A stretch of DNA of 64,000 nucleotides from a bacterium (GCA_037137535.1 JBAXKC010000011.1:1-64000), one strand, 5' to 3'; positions 30,627 through 39,901 are shown, numbered from the stretch's first letter. Notes: generated from the sequence alone by a model not told the origin. Made by a program: numbers and translations.

Positions 30627-30658
30627 TAATTTGTGATTTGACTTCAAATCACAAATTA
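30627..30658. promoter_or_regulatory. Perfect palindrome with 15-bp arms (candidate operator)
   Basis: TAATTTGTGATTTGA-CT-TCAAATCACAAATTA, 50 bp upstream of the 297-aa gene. Confidence 0.45.
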
Positions 30659-30721
30659 AATAATAATGTTTTACATAAATTTATAAAAAGTCTAATACTC
30701 TAATATTATTAATATTAAAGC

Positions 30722-30757
30722 ATTAAGGGAAGATTTAATTTAAAATCTTCCCTTAAT
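30722..30757 (-). terminator. Terminator-like hairpin after the 146-aa gene
   Basis: ATTAAGGGAAGATTT / AAATCTTCCCTTAAT. Confidence 0.7.
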
Positions 30758-30789
30758 TGTATAGAATTTATTAACTTTAATTATATTAA

Positions 30790-31230
30790 TTAATAAGAAT
30801 GTTCATGATTCTCATGGTTTTCTTGTTGCTCTGGTTGTGGCTCAGCTTTTTTTACTTCAAGCATGGAATTAACAGGGTATTCTCTTTCAAAAATAAGTTC
30901 GCCGTTTCTTTCAACTAAAAATGTAAGTGAACTTGTGCTTCTTTCGATAGCAAAATTAAGATTTTGAGCAATAGCATTGAAAACTGATTTATCAGTAGCA
31001 ATGTTTGCTTTTATTGTTCCAAGATCAATAACATCTTCACTTTGACCTTTAATTTTAAAATTTAAGTCATATTCGCCAGGTTCCCATTGAGGTCCACAAA
31101 TGAAAGCAAAGTCAAAATTAAACTTTGTTGGTAAAGCAATAGCAGTAAAGCTATCCCAAACATTTACCGCAGTTAATTTGTTATTTCTGAAAGTAATTTG
31201 CTCAGCTACCAATAGAAATTGTTTTTGCAT
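30790..31230 (-). CDS. Hypothetical beta-rich protein
   Basis: 146-aa ORF with AAGGAG RBS. Confidence 0.75.
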   Translation of the reverse strand: MQKQFLLVAEQITFRNNKLTAVNVWDSFTAIALPTKFNFDFAFICGPQWEPGEYDLNFKIKGQSEDVIDLGTIKANIATDKSVFNAIAQNLNFAIERSTSSLTFLVERNGELIFEREYPVNSMLEVKKAEPQPEQQENHENHEHSY

Positions 31231-31387
31231 TTTAATACTCCTTAATTAAATATTTTTTATTCATATTAAGACCTTTATTACCTTTTGATCTTTTATATAT
31301 GATTAAATAATAACCATAATATTATATCATTTTATAATGGATTTTGGCAAAAGAATTTTTAATAACTGAAATTTGTCTTTATTTTCT

Positions 31388-32086
31388 CTATTTCAATATC
31401 ATAAGGTTTACAATGATTAATATTAAGGGAATAGTTTCTTGTTTGTTATCAAAAACAAATGCTTTTTCAATCAAATCAATTCCTTTTTTTGCGGTAAGAA
31501 CCTTATCTCCCCAAACATCAATAATACCGGCTTTATTACTTCAGTTTTCATGATTTAAAGCATTTGATTTATTATCAAGACCTATGTCAATAAAAGCATG
31601 ATCTCTGAAGGATTTATCACTGCTTCTCATGTAATATCTACTTGCTGCTTTTGTTTTATCTTTAATTTCAATAAAGGCCTATTCTGATGGTTGTTTTTTA
31701 GCAAGTAATAAGTCTTGAATTATAAGTGAATGTTCACTACAGTTAGCAACTTTATTAGTTTTTATTTCAGCTTTGAGCCTATTAATATTATCACTCCAAG
31801 AATTGGAAAGATAAAAGGGGGCATTTTGTTTAAGTTTTTCAATTAAATTACGAGTAATGTTAATTTTATTCTTTAATATAGAAAGAAATTTGTTAGAGTT
31901 TGTTTTATTAGACGATTGTCTTAATTTTGCTTCTATATAAGTTGATGATTGAGGTCTACCAAATTATTTACGAAATTCTTGTAAAACTTCTTTTCTCAGC
32001 TCTACATTTTCTTTAAGTCCTGTAAATTTTGTTTGATTCTTATTATGTAATATTTTATTTGAGCAAACTGTATTTATTATTTGCAT
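31388..32086 (-). pseudogene. Pseudogene of a papain/transglutaminase-fold Cys-His-Asp protease (HopX/AvrPphE-like)
   Basis: One 233-codon frame from ATG 32086 (AAAGG RBS) with internal stops TAA 31964-66, TAG 31679-81 and TGA 31541-43; motifs ANCSEH, DHAF, IIDVW; absent from the ORF track. Confidence 0.7.
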
Positions 32087-32118
32087 AAAAAACCTTTAAA
32101 TTTCCTATAAGTTATTAT

Positions 32119-32145
32119 AAGTCGGTAAAAAGTTTTAATCGTTGA
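32119..32145 (-). promoter_or_regulatory. sigma28-like promoter of the protease pseudogene
   Basis: Minus strand TCAA-N15-ACCGACTT. Confidence 0.5.
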
Positions 32146-32183
32146 ATTTTTCAAAAAATTCTTGAAATATAAAAAAATATTAT

Positions 32184-32211
32184 TAAAGTAATTAACATAA
32201 TCAGCCGATAA
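32184..32211 (+). promoter_or_regulatory. sigma28-type promoter of the 187-aa gene
   Basis: TAAA-N16-GCCGATAA (perfect -10 consensus). Confidence 0.7.
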
Positions 32212-32259
32212 ACATTATAGAAATGTAACAAAAAATTAAGTTTATAAGGAATTATAGAA

Positions 32260-32823
32260 ATGTCCAGTTTGTTAAATGTGGTTCTTAATTCAATTTTAAG
32301 TAGTCAAGGCTTGACTAACTCGACTACTACAGCCAGTACAAGCACTACTACTGCTACAAATTCAAAAACTCCAAGCTTTGCCGCTGTTATGGCAAAACTT
32401 AACAGTAATGTAAATATGTCTTCTATGAATACTACTCAAAGTACTGGATTAAGCTCTTTTTTAAGTAATAATAATTCATCAAGCGTTACTTTAAATATTG
32501 ATACCATAATTCAGCAAGTTATCGCAGCTAAACAAAAGGGATCAACTCAAAGTATCGACTCTTTAATAAAACAGTTCGTGTTAAGTAATTATGGCGGCAG
32601 TGAAGATGCGGTTATAAAAAATCTTACCGGTTATGTAACTTTGCCTAGTCAGGCTACTGCAATGCAAAGTGAAGTTGTAGACCAACTTATAACCAGAATT
32701 TCCTGTCAGGCTCGACCAAAAATAACAGAAGCACTTAAAGCAAACAGCAATGATTCTTCATCTTCGGATTCAAGTTCTGAGTTAAGTATTGGAGATTCTT
32801 CTTCAGATACACCTTATCTATAA
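32260..32823 (+). CDS. Ser/Thr/Asn-rich hypothetical protein, probably sigma28-controlled
   Basis: 187-aa ORF, AAGGA RBS, low-complexity ends, no Sec signal. Confidence 0.75.
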   Translation: MSSLLNVVLNSILSSQGLTNSTTTASTSTTTATNSKTPSFAAVMAKLNSNVNMSSMNTTQSTGLSSFLSNNNSSSVTLNIDTIIQQVIAAKQKGSTQSIDSLIKQFVLSNYGGSEDAVIKNLTGYVTLPSQATAMQSEVVDQLITRISCQARPKITEALKANSNDSSSSDSSSELSIGDSSSDTPYL

Positions 32824-32838
32824 AAAATGCTTATCAAT

Positions 32839-32877
32839 AAAAACACTTTATTCTGTTTTTAGAATAAAGTGTTTTTT
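32839..32877. terminator. Bidirectional terminator
   Basis: AAAAACACTTTATTCT / AGAATAAAGTGTTTTT. Confidence 0.75.
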
Positions 32878-32912
32878 AGTAGTTATAAAAAGATAAATAT
32901 AATTAATTTAAA

Positions 32913-33488
32913 TTATTCAATACAGCTAATATTGTTCTCTAATCTTGAAGTGTATTTACTTGTAACTGTTGATATAGCAGATAAATTTAAATAGGTCCAT
33001 ATTAATGAGAATATTACTCCAATAACTGAACTAAAATAATAATAATGATCTATCCAGTATATATATAAAAGTAAGTTTATAAATATGGATAAAATATGAA
33101 ATAAAATAACAAGGCTATATTTCCAAGAAAAAAGAGGTTTATAAAAAAGTAAGGCATTACCAAGATTAATTTTTAATCCCCTTGTTTTACGATAGGAGAT
33201 AAAGAAGAAAAGATTTGAAAGTATATAATATGGAATAGCTACTAATAAAAGGAAAGTTAGAATATATAACATTGCTGCAAATCGATCTGGAGCTTCAACA
33301 TCAGGACGAATGAGTTCTGCCGCAAAACAACCCATAAAGAGATAAATAAAGAGAATATATGATAAATTAATCCATAGAAAGATTAGTAATTTATGTAAAA
33401 TAACTGGCCTGTTTAAAATCCATTTATATGGATTCAAAATAAATACTTTTAATGATTTCAAAAGTAGATTTTTCATATTTGTATCCAT
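32913..33488 (-). CDS. Hypothetical membrane protein (about 4 TM)
   Basis: 191-aa ORF with hydrophobic segments. Confidence 0.6.
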   Translation of the reverse strand: MDTNMKNLLLKSLKVFILNPYKWILNRPVILHKLLIFLWINLSYILFIYLFMGCFAAELIRPDVEAPDRFAAMLYILTFLLLVAIPYYILSNLFFFISYRKTRGLKINLGNALLFYKPLFSWKYSLVILFHILSIFINLLLYIYWIDHYYYFSSVIGVIFSLIWTYLNLSAISTVTSKYTSRLENNISCIE

Positions 33489-33555
33489 TCTTAAAATTTA
33501 TATGTATATTATCTATGATTATTGTTAATTGTCAATATTAATATCATTTGTTTTA

Positions 33556-33587
33556 AAAGCTCCTACCCTTTATCTAGTAGGAGCTTT
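33556..33587 (-). terminator. Intrinsic terminator
   Basis: AAAGCTCCTAC / GTAGGAGCTTT downstream of the DUF4438 gene. Confidence 0.7.
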
Positions 33588-33631
33588 ACCTATTTTTATC
33601 TTTTTTTCACTTAACTAGCAATTCGAGTTAA

Positions 33632-34492
33632 TTAGCTTTTATAAAAATAATTATATAAATTAGCATTTGAATCAATAACAGGAGTAATATTTCCTTCTTT
33701 AGAGGTAAATATAGTAGCTACCCCAGGACCATGTCCTGCTATAACACAATCACTATGTACAATTACACCAATTGAGACAGACCCTTCTCTGAAAATTCTT
33801 CCATAAGAATGATCTGCATCCATTACGGCAACAAAATCACCAAATTTAAGATTATCTAGTCCAAATTCTTTTACGCTTGTTTCATCAAAAAGCTGAATGT
33901 CATAATCACCACGATAAACATTATCTCTGCCAATTCCTGAGCCCATTATTTTTGCAGGAACAAGATGAGTAACAGGTACTTGCAGTTTTCCGTCAATTTC
34001 TTGAAGGTTTAATTTTTTGAATAAATCAGGTGCAATGTTAAAGACTTTAATATCTTGATGTTCAATCATTTTTAAACCAACACCGACAGATTTTATTTGA
34101 ATTTTATCTCCAATAGCAAGTTTTTCCATAACTTCTTCTGAAAAGTCGATTAAAACATGCTCACATCCGCCATGTTTTCCTGTAACATAACCTTTTTGAC
34201 CTTTTGCTTCACCGCTGATAACTGTGGCAACGTTTCCTATGCAAGATAATACATTTAATGCGCCGTTATTTAATTCATTAGAGTTTTTAATCGTTACACC
34301 AGGTTCAACATGATCAGCTTGCCAGCCTGATGCGTTCATTCCAATTCTTACATTATATGAAATACCACCTGTCCCAGGTAATACTTTTAATTCGCCATCT
34401 GCGGTAATTGTATATGGTGATCTCATTGACGGTGAAGTTATTTCACCGATTACAGACATTTGAACAAGTTCATTTTCATTAATTTTAATCAT
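33632..34492 (-). CDS. DUF4438 family protein
   Basis: LPGTGGISYN, DHVEPGV, VTGKHGG, MGSGIG, GDYDI, GHGPG. Confidence 0.82.
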   Translation of the reverse strand: MIKINENELVQMSVIGEITSPSMRSPYTITADGELKVLPGTGGISYNVRIGMNASGWQADHVEPGVTIKNSNELNNGALNVLSCIGNVATVISGEAKGQKGYVTGKHGGCEHVLIDFSEEVMEKLAIGDKIQIKSVGVGLKMIEHQDIKVFNIAPDLFKKLNLQEIDGKLQVPVTHLVPAKIMGSGIGRDNVYRGDYDIQLFDETSVKEFGLDNLKFGDFVAVMDADHSYGRIFREGSVSIGVIVHSDCVIAGHGPGVATIFTSKEGNITPVIDSNANLYNYFYKS

Positions 34493-34603
34493 ATTAGTAA
34501 ATCCTTATAATATAGCCAAAAGCCAACTTTTTCTTTATTATTATTTTAGCAGTTTTTTGAAAATTTTAATAATCCAAAAACTTTAATAAAAGGATAAAAT
34601 CAT

Positions 34604-35875
34604 ATGCCCCTTTACATTATTAACAGAACATTTTCTTCTCTGAAAAATAATAACTTCAGATTGTTTTTCTCGGGGCAATTAGTTTCTTTGATTGGTACAT
34701 GGATGCAACAAACCGCTTTAGGCTGGCTGATATACGAAATGACGGGCTCTAAAGCTTTATTGGGATTTGTAGCTGCAATTAGTGCTTTTCCAATGCTTGT
34801 TTTTTCGCTTTTTGGCGGTGCTATTGCCGATAGATACCCCAAAAGAAAGATTTTAGTTACTGTTCAGATTTTTGCAATGATTATGGCCTTTATACTTGCC
34901 TTTCTGCAATCCACACATATCATTCATATATGGCATATTATGTTTATTTCTTTATTGTTAGGTATTGCTCTTGCTATTGATATTCCTGTAAGACAGTCAT
35001 TTTTTATTGATATTGTCGGTAAAGAAGATCTGATGAATGCTGTTGCATTGAATTCTTCACTTGTAAATGCAGCCAGAATGATTGGTCCTATGGTTGCTGG
35101 TGCAATAATGGTTCAATTCGGTATTTTATGGTGTTTTATATTAAATGGTTTTAGTTTTATTGCTGTAATTTTAGCACTTTTAAAATTAAAATTATCTTCT
35201 GCTTCTAAAGATAAACCAACTAATTCGATTTTAAAATCGATCAAAGAAGGATTTGTTTTTGTAAAACATAATAAACCTATCTCAAGATTAATGATTCTTA
35301 TGATTGTAATGGTAGTATTCGGGACAGCTTATTCCACATTATTGCCTGCAATTGCAAAAGATCTTTTCCATAAAGGTGAAAAAGGTTATGCAATGCTTGC
35401 ATCTGCAAATGGGGTCGGCTCTTTGATCGGAGCATTAATTATTGCTTATATAGGTGGAAGTGCAAAGAAAAAATATCTTATTAACGGCGGTATATTTGTC
35501 TTTGCCATAACTCTTATATTGCTGGCTTTAACCACAAATTTTTATTTAGCATTACTTTTTCTTTGTATTTCAGGCATTGGCATTGTTTCTTATTTTTCCG
35601 CAACAACTACTATAATTCAGCAAAATGTTGATGATGAATATAGAGGCAGAGTAATGGGAATATGGGCACTTGTATTTGGTGGAATGGTTCCATTAGGTAA
35701 CCTTTTCGGTGGTGTTGTAGCTCAATATATAGGTATAAAAATAACTTTAATTATCTGTGCTTTAGTGTGTATGTTATTTGCGACATACCGAGCTATTTAT
35801 ACATGTTTTAATGATGATGAGTGCTTATGCAAAGTTCAAAAAGTTATTTCTGATATGCAATCTCCCCATGAATAA
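34604..35875 (+). CDS. MFS transporter (DHA3-like)
   Basis: FFSGQLVSLIGTWMQ, GAIADRYPKR, RGRVM; about 12 TM. Confidence 0.9.
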   Translation: MPLYIINRTFSSLKNNNFRLFFSGQLVSLIGTWMQQTALGWLIYEMTGSKALLGFVAAISAFPMLVFSLFGGAIADRYPKRKILVTVQIFAMIMAFILAFLQSTHIIHIWHIMFISLLLGIALAIDIPVRQSFFIDIVGKEDLMNAVALNSSLVNAARMIGPMVAGAIMVQFGILWCFILNGFSFIAVILALLKLKLSSASKDKPTNSILKSIKEGFVFVKHNKPISRLMILMIVMVVFGTAYSTLLPAIAKDLFHKGEKGYAMLASANGVGSLIGALIIAYIGGSAKKKYLINGGIFVFAITLILLALTTNFYLALLFLCISGIGIVSYFSATTTIIQQNVDDEYRGRVMGIWALVFGGMVPLGNLFGGVVAQYIGIKITLIICALVCMLFATYRAIYTCFNDDECLCKVQKVISDMQSPHE

Positions 35876-37178
35876 AAGTTTTTACTATTTCAAAATTTTC
35901 TTTTTGATTCCATAACACAATATCAGCATCTTTTCCTACATGTATTGAGCCTTTGTTATGTAAACCAAGATTTTTAGCAGGGTTTGAGGTTGCATAAGCT
36001 ATTAATTTTGCGAATTTTTCAATATTATCGTTAGAAAGAGTTCTTAATGCAGAATCAAGAAATATTAAACTTCCCGCAAAAGTTCCGTCTTGATTAAGTG
36101 CTTTGTTCTCTTTATTGAAAATTGCCTGTCCGCCAAAGATTATACTTTCTTTTTCTGCCAGAGTTAATGGTAAGCTGTCGCTTATAAATATTATTTTATT
36201 TTGAGGTTTGGTTCTAAAGATTATTTCTAAAATTATCTTATGTAAATGTAATCCATCGGGAATAACTTCAACATATAAATCATCATTAACTAATCCCTCT
36301 CCAATTATCCCTGGGGTTCTGTGATGGAGTGGAGACATAGCGTTGAATATATGGGTTAATTGACTCATTCCAAATCGTTCAGCATCATTCACAATAGACT
36401 CGGTTGCTTTTGAATGACCACCTGAAGGAATAATATCTTTTGAGTATAAATATTTAGTTAATTTAAAATCTTCATCTAATTCAGGAGCAAAAGTAACAAT
36501 TTTTATAATTGCATCTTCAAAAAATTTAAAATTTTCAACAGTAGGTGTTTCAATACAATTTTCGGGATGAATACCTTTATTTTTTGAATTTAAAAAAGGA
36601 CCTTCAAGATGAATGCCAATTAAATTAGTTTGATGTTTAATAGCTGAATTTTTAGCAGCTTTTATTATTTCTATTTGATTTTTTACTGCTTCTTTTTCAT
36701 CTGTCATTATTGTTGGTACGACAGATGTTATGCCATATTTCGGATATTTATTTAAAATAGATAAAACTTCTTCTGACGAACAGTTATTAAAATTAACGCC
36801 AAATCCGCCGTGAATATGTTGATCAATAAGTCCTGCGGTAATAATTAAGCCTTCAGCATCAATTATATCAAGAGCTACAGCTTCATTCTCGATATAGTCA
36901 GGTAAATTTTCACCGATAGCTACTATTCTATCGTTAAAGATTAAAATATTATTTTTTTGAGCAACTTCAAAAGCATTTATTATAGTTCCGTTTAAAATTA
37001 ATGTTAGTTTATTTTCATTTGAATTAGACTCTATTTTAGCAATGTTTTCGCCTAAAAGACCTTTTAGAGCATAAGTCCAAAAAAAGTTTGATTTATGTCT
37101 GTTTAAGTTTTTAAAAAGTTTTTTCTTATTATTAGTAATTTTGTATTCTTTTAATATTTTATTTAATTTCTGAAACAT
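35844..37178 (-). CDS. nagA: N-acetylglucosamine-6-phosphate deacetylase with N-terminal extension
   Basis: IDQHIHG, GIHLEGPFL, FAPE, THIFNAM, DGLH, NPA; ATG 37178 after GGGGA. Confidence 0.9.
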   Translation of the reverse strand: MFQKLNKILKEYKITNNKKKLFKNLNRHKSNFFWTYALKGLLGENIAKIESNSNENKLTLILNGTIINAFEVAQKNNILIFNDRIVAIGENLPDYIENEAVALDIIDAEGLIITAGLIDQHIHGGFGVNFNNCSSEEVLSILNKYPKYGITSVVPTIMTDEKEAVKNQIEIIKAAKNSAIKHQTNLIGIHLEGPFLNSKNKGIHPENCIETPTVENFKFFEDAIIKIVTFAPELDEDFKLTKYLYSKDIIPSGGHSKATESIVNDAERFGMSQLTHIFNAMSPLHHRTPGIIGEGLVNDDLYVEVIPDGLHLHKIILEIIFRTKPQNKIIFISDSLPLTLAEKESIIFGGQAIFNKENKALNQDGTFAGSLIFLDSALRTLSNDNIEKFAKLIAYATSNPAKNLGLHNKGSIHVGKDADIVLWNQKENFEIVKTFIHGEIAYQK

Positions 37179-37254
37179 ATTTCCCCTATAACTAAATTGA
37201 GTTGTTAATTTAAAACTCAATAATAAAAATTTTATCGTGAAAAATTTCTTTTAA

Positions 37255-37289
37255 AAAAGGATTGGAGATAAATATTTTCCAATCCTTTT
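37255..37289 (-). terminator. Terminator after acsE
   Basis: AAAAGGATTGGA / TCCAATCCTTTT. Confidence 0.7.
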
Positions 37290-37295
37290 ATCACT

Positions 37296-37377
37296 TATAC
37301 TAATCCAACTTATGAAATAATTTAATCAATATCGAAACAAGTTTTGCATAACGTTTTATCAATTATTATGTTAATTA
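37296..37377 (+). mobile_element. MITE-like repeat, heavily deleted copy D
   Basis: TATACTAATCCAACTT joined directly to the 3' block GAAACAAGTTTTGC...TTTTATCAATTATT. Confidence 0.65.
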
Positions 37378-38298
37378 CTATCCAAGATAATTATGAGCGT
37401 AAATATTCTTATTCATAAGGATTTCAGCGGTTTTATATATTGCAATTTCTTCAGGATTTTCTTTGTTATAAGTTAAATCCTCAAATTCACCGAATTCTTG
37501 CATTAAATTAAATATATTTAAATAAAGTTTATCGGAATCTTTTTCAATGGTTTGAGTTTCAATTACTCTGTTTACCCTTATTAATTCTATATCTAAAGCA
37601 TCTGCAATAGCTGTATCAAGTCCACTACCAGCTGCCATTACCGCAAAAACCCTGTTAATTAATGGTCTTAGCTCTTTTGGACTTCCGTTAGAGATGTTTG
37701 AAAGACCGATTGTTGTTAAAATAGCTGGATCAAAACTTTCTTTAAACATTCTGATAGCGTTTAACGCTTCCATAGCTTGCGATTGGTCAACACTAACAGG
37801 TAAAACAAGAGGATCCATAAGTATTTTAGTGTTATCAATTCCTGATTCTGCGGTTTTTTCTGTAATAACACATGCCATTTCCATTCTGCCGTCAGCTTCT
37901 CTAGGAATTCCTGTTTCATCACTCAAAGTAAGTGCTATTAAATAAGTTCCGTATTCTGAAGCAACTCTCACCATATTTTCAAGTCTTTCAGGATCGGCAC
38001 TCGCGCTGTTTACAATACATTCAGTCGGATTTTTAACAAGTTTTAATCCGCTTTCAATTTCTCTTATATTTGAAGAATCAAAAGAAAGTTTTGAAGATGG
38101 AAGAACTTCAAGGATGGTATTTGTTAACCAGTCCATAGTGCCTTCCCAGCCTTTTCTTGCAGGTCCGATATTTAAATCAATCCATTCCATGTCTTTTTGT
38201 TTTAAAGCCATTTCCTGAATTAAACCTTTATTTCTTGATTCAATGGCTTCTCTGGTTTTTTTTGAGATTATATGAATATTTTCGCCTATTAATTTCAT
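37378..38298 (-). CDS. acsE: Methyltetrahydrofolate:corrinoid methyltransferase (AcsE-like, pterin-binding barrel)
   Basis: LIGENI, IDLNIG, FDS, IVNS, DPLVLPV, GLSNISNG, GLDTAI. Confidence 0.8.
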   Translation of the reverse strand: MKLIGENIHIISKKTREAIESRNKGLIQEMALKQKDMEWIDLNIGPARKGWEGTMDWLTNTILEVLPSSKLSFDSSNIREIESGLKLVKNPTECIVNSASADPERLENMVRVASEYGTYLIALTLSDETGIPREADGRMEMACVITEKTAESGIDNTKILMDPLVLPVSVDQSQAMEALNAIRMFKESFDPAILTTIGLSNISNGSPKELRPLINRVFAVMAAGSGLDTAIADALDIELIRVNRVIETQTIEKDSDKLYLNIFNLMQEFGEFEDLTYNKENPEEIAIYKTAEILMNKNIYAHNYLG

Positions 38299-39147
38299 TT
38301 ATTTTTCTCCTCTTTGAATTTTATACAGTCTTAAAGTGTTTGACATAAGCATAGCTATAGTCATAGGCCCTACTCCACCCGGAACAGGTGTTATATAGGA
38401 AGCTTTAGATTCTAAAGAACTATAATCGACATCTCCTGCGAGTTTTCCGTCAGCAAGCCTGTTAATTCCAACGTCAATAACAACAGCGCCTTCTTTGATA
38501 AATTCTGCGGTGATAAATTTAGGATTGCCTATTGCTGAAACAACTATATCTGCTTGCTTTACAGTTTCCTGAAGATTTTTTGTCCGACTGTGGCATATTG
38601 TTACAGTCGCATTTCTTTCAAGTAATAAAACAGAAATCGGTTTCCCAACAATATTAGAGCGACCGATGACTACTGCATTTTTTCCTGAAACTTCAATATG
38701 ATAATGTTCAAGCAATTTGATAATTCCAAGAGGGGTACACGCAACAGAATATGGTTCAATTCCTGCTAAGAGTTTCCCTGAATTTAATGGGTGAAATCCG
38801 TCAACATCTTTTATAGGCAGAATTTGCTCTATTATTTCATTGCTGTTTATATGCTTTGGTAAAGGTAATTGCACCAATATCGCATTAACAGTAACATCAT
38901 TATTAAGTTTATCAACTTGTGCTTCTAATTCTTCTTGAGTCGTATTTTCATCAAGCTCAATTAAAATCGAATTAAATCCGATTTTTTCAGCGGTATTCTT
39001 TTTATTTCTGACATAGACACTACTGGCAGCATCATTTCCGACTTTAATTACGGCAAGAGTTGGCTTTAATTCAAGTGATTTAACTTCTTCCGCAATAATT
39101 TCGGTTATCTGTTTAGATAAGTCTTTCCCTTGCATTATGACAGCCAT
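38299..39147 (-). CDS. folD: Methylene-THF dehydrogenase/cyclohydrolase
   Basis: YVRNK, QLPLP, KDVDGFHP, GRSNIVGKP, TPVPGGVGPMT. Confidence 0.97.
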   Translation of the reverse strand: MAVIMQGKDLSKQITEIIAEEVKSLELKPTLAVIKVGNDAASSVYVRNKKNTAEKIGFNSILIELDENTTQEELEAQVDKLNNDVTVNAILVQLPLPKHINSNEIIEQILPIKDVDGFHPLNSGKLLAGIEPYSVACTPLGIIKLLEHYHIEVSGKNAVVIGRSNIVGKPISVLLLERNATVTICHSRTKNLQETVKQADIVVSAIGNPKFITAEFIKEGAVVIDVGINRLADGKLAGDVDYSSLESKASYITPVPGGVGPMTIAMLMSNTLRLYKIQRGEK

Positions 39148-39166
39148 TCAAATCTCCTTTTTTTGC

Positions 39167-39901
39167 CTAAAATGGAATATTCAGCCTGAATAAAAGCTCT
39201 TTCATTCTTGTTTCTATAAGCTCAGAGTTTTTTGAAACACTATTTTCTTCTAAAATAGGATCATAAGGAATATGACCAAGAATATTCAATTCATAATCAG
39301 AAAGAATTTTTCTTGTTTCTTCACTAAAATTCTTTACTTTGTTTAAAATAATACCAATTTGCCCGGGGCAAGCATATTTTATTGATTTTTCTTTGATTTT
39401 AGAGGCTAAATATAATGATACTGCTGTTGTATCGGTAATTATAAGCGTTGTGTCAATTGGAGTATCAACAAGCTTATTTAATAAACCGACATTGTATTCG
39501 CAGTCAAATATTACATAATCATAGTCTTGAGTTGTTTTTGTAACTTCGCTACAAATCGCATTTGCTAAATAGCACTTACATTCTCGCTTTGGATTATATC
39601 CATAAACAAGCAAATCTAACCCTGGTTTTATTTCAATTAAAATATCATTAATTGCCCATGCGGCAAGCTCATGTGCGCTTATATCCTGTGGTAATTTTGC
39701 TTTATAAGAGCCTATTAATAAATCGCTGATTTTATTTTCAGCATTTACTCCGTAAGCCCAAGAAAGCTCATTTGTAACATCTGTATCTACTAGTAAAACG
39801 GTCTTTTGTGGATGTATCGATTTTAAAACGTTAGCAAGAGCTTTTACAAAGGTAGTTTTGCCGTTCCCGCTTTTTCCTGTTATAGCAATAGATACAGTCA
39901 T
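39167..39901 (-). CDS. CooC/AcsF-like MinD-family ATPase
   Basis: Deviant Walker A GKSGNGKTT, VDTD, CKC motif, IPYD. Confidence 0.75.
   Translation of the reverse strand: MTVSIAITGKSGNGKTTFVKALANVLKSIHPQKTVLLVDTDVTNELSWAYGVNAENKISDLLIGSYKAKLPQDISAHELAAWAINDILIEIKPGLDLLVYGYNPKRECKCYLANAICSEVTKTTQDYDYVIFDCEYNVGLLNKLVDTPIDTTLIITDTTAVSLYLASKIKEKSIKYACPGQIGIILNKVKNFSEETRKILSDYELNILGHIPYDPILEENSVSKNSELIETRMKELLFRLNIPF

Noticed and set aside
31344-31553. 69-aa plus-strand ORF
   Set aside because: Antisense shadow of the protease pseudogene
31388-32086. Stop-codon recoding (TGA=Trp) suggested by an in-frame TGA at a plausible Trp position
   Set aside because: The same frame also has TAA and TAG stops, and other genes here end in TGA; pseudogenisation is simpler
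37341-37376. dif-like half sites (TGCATAA ... TTATGTTAA)
   Set aside because: Spacer is 14 bp rather than 6, and the sequence belongs to MITE copy D
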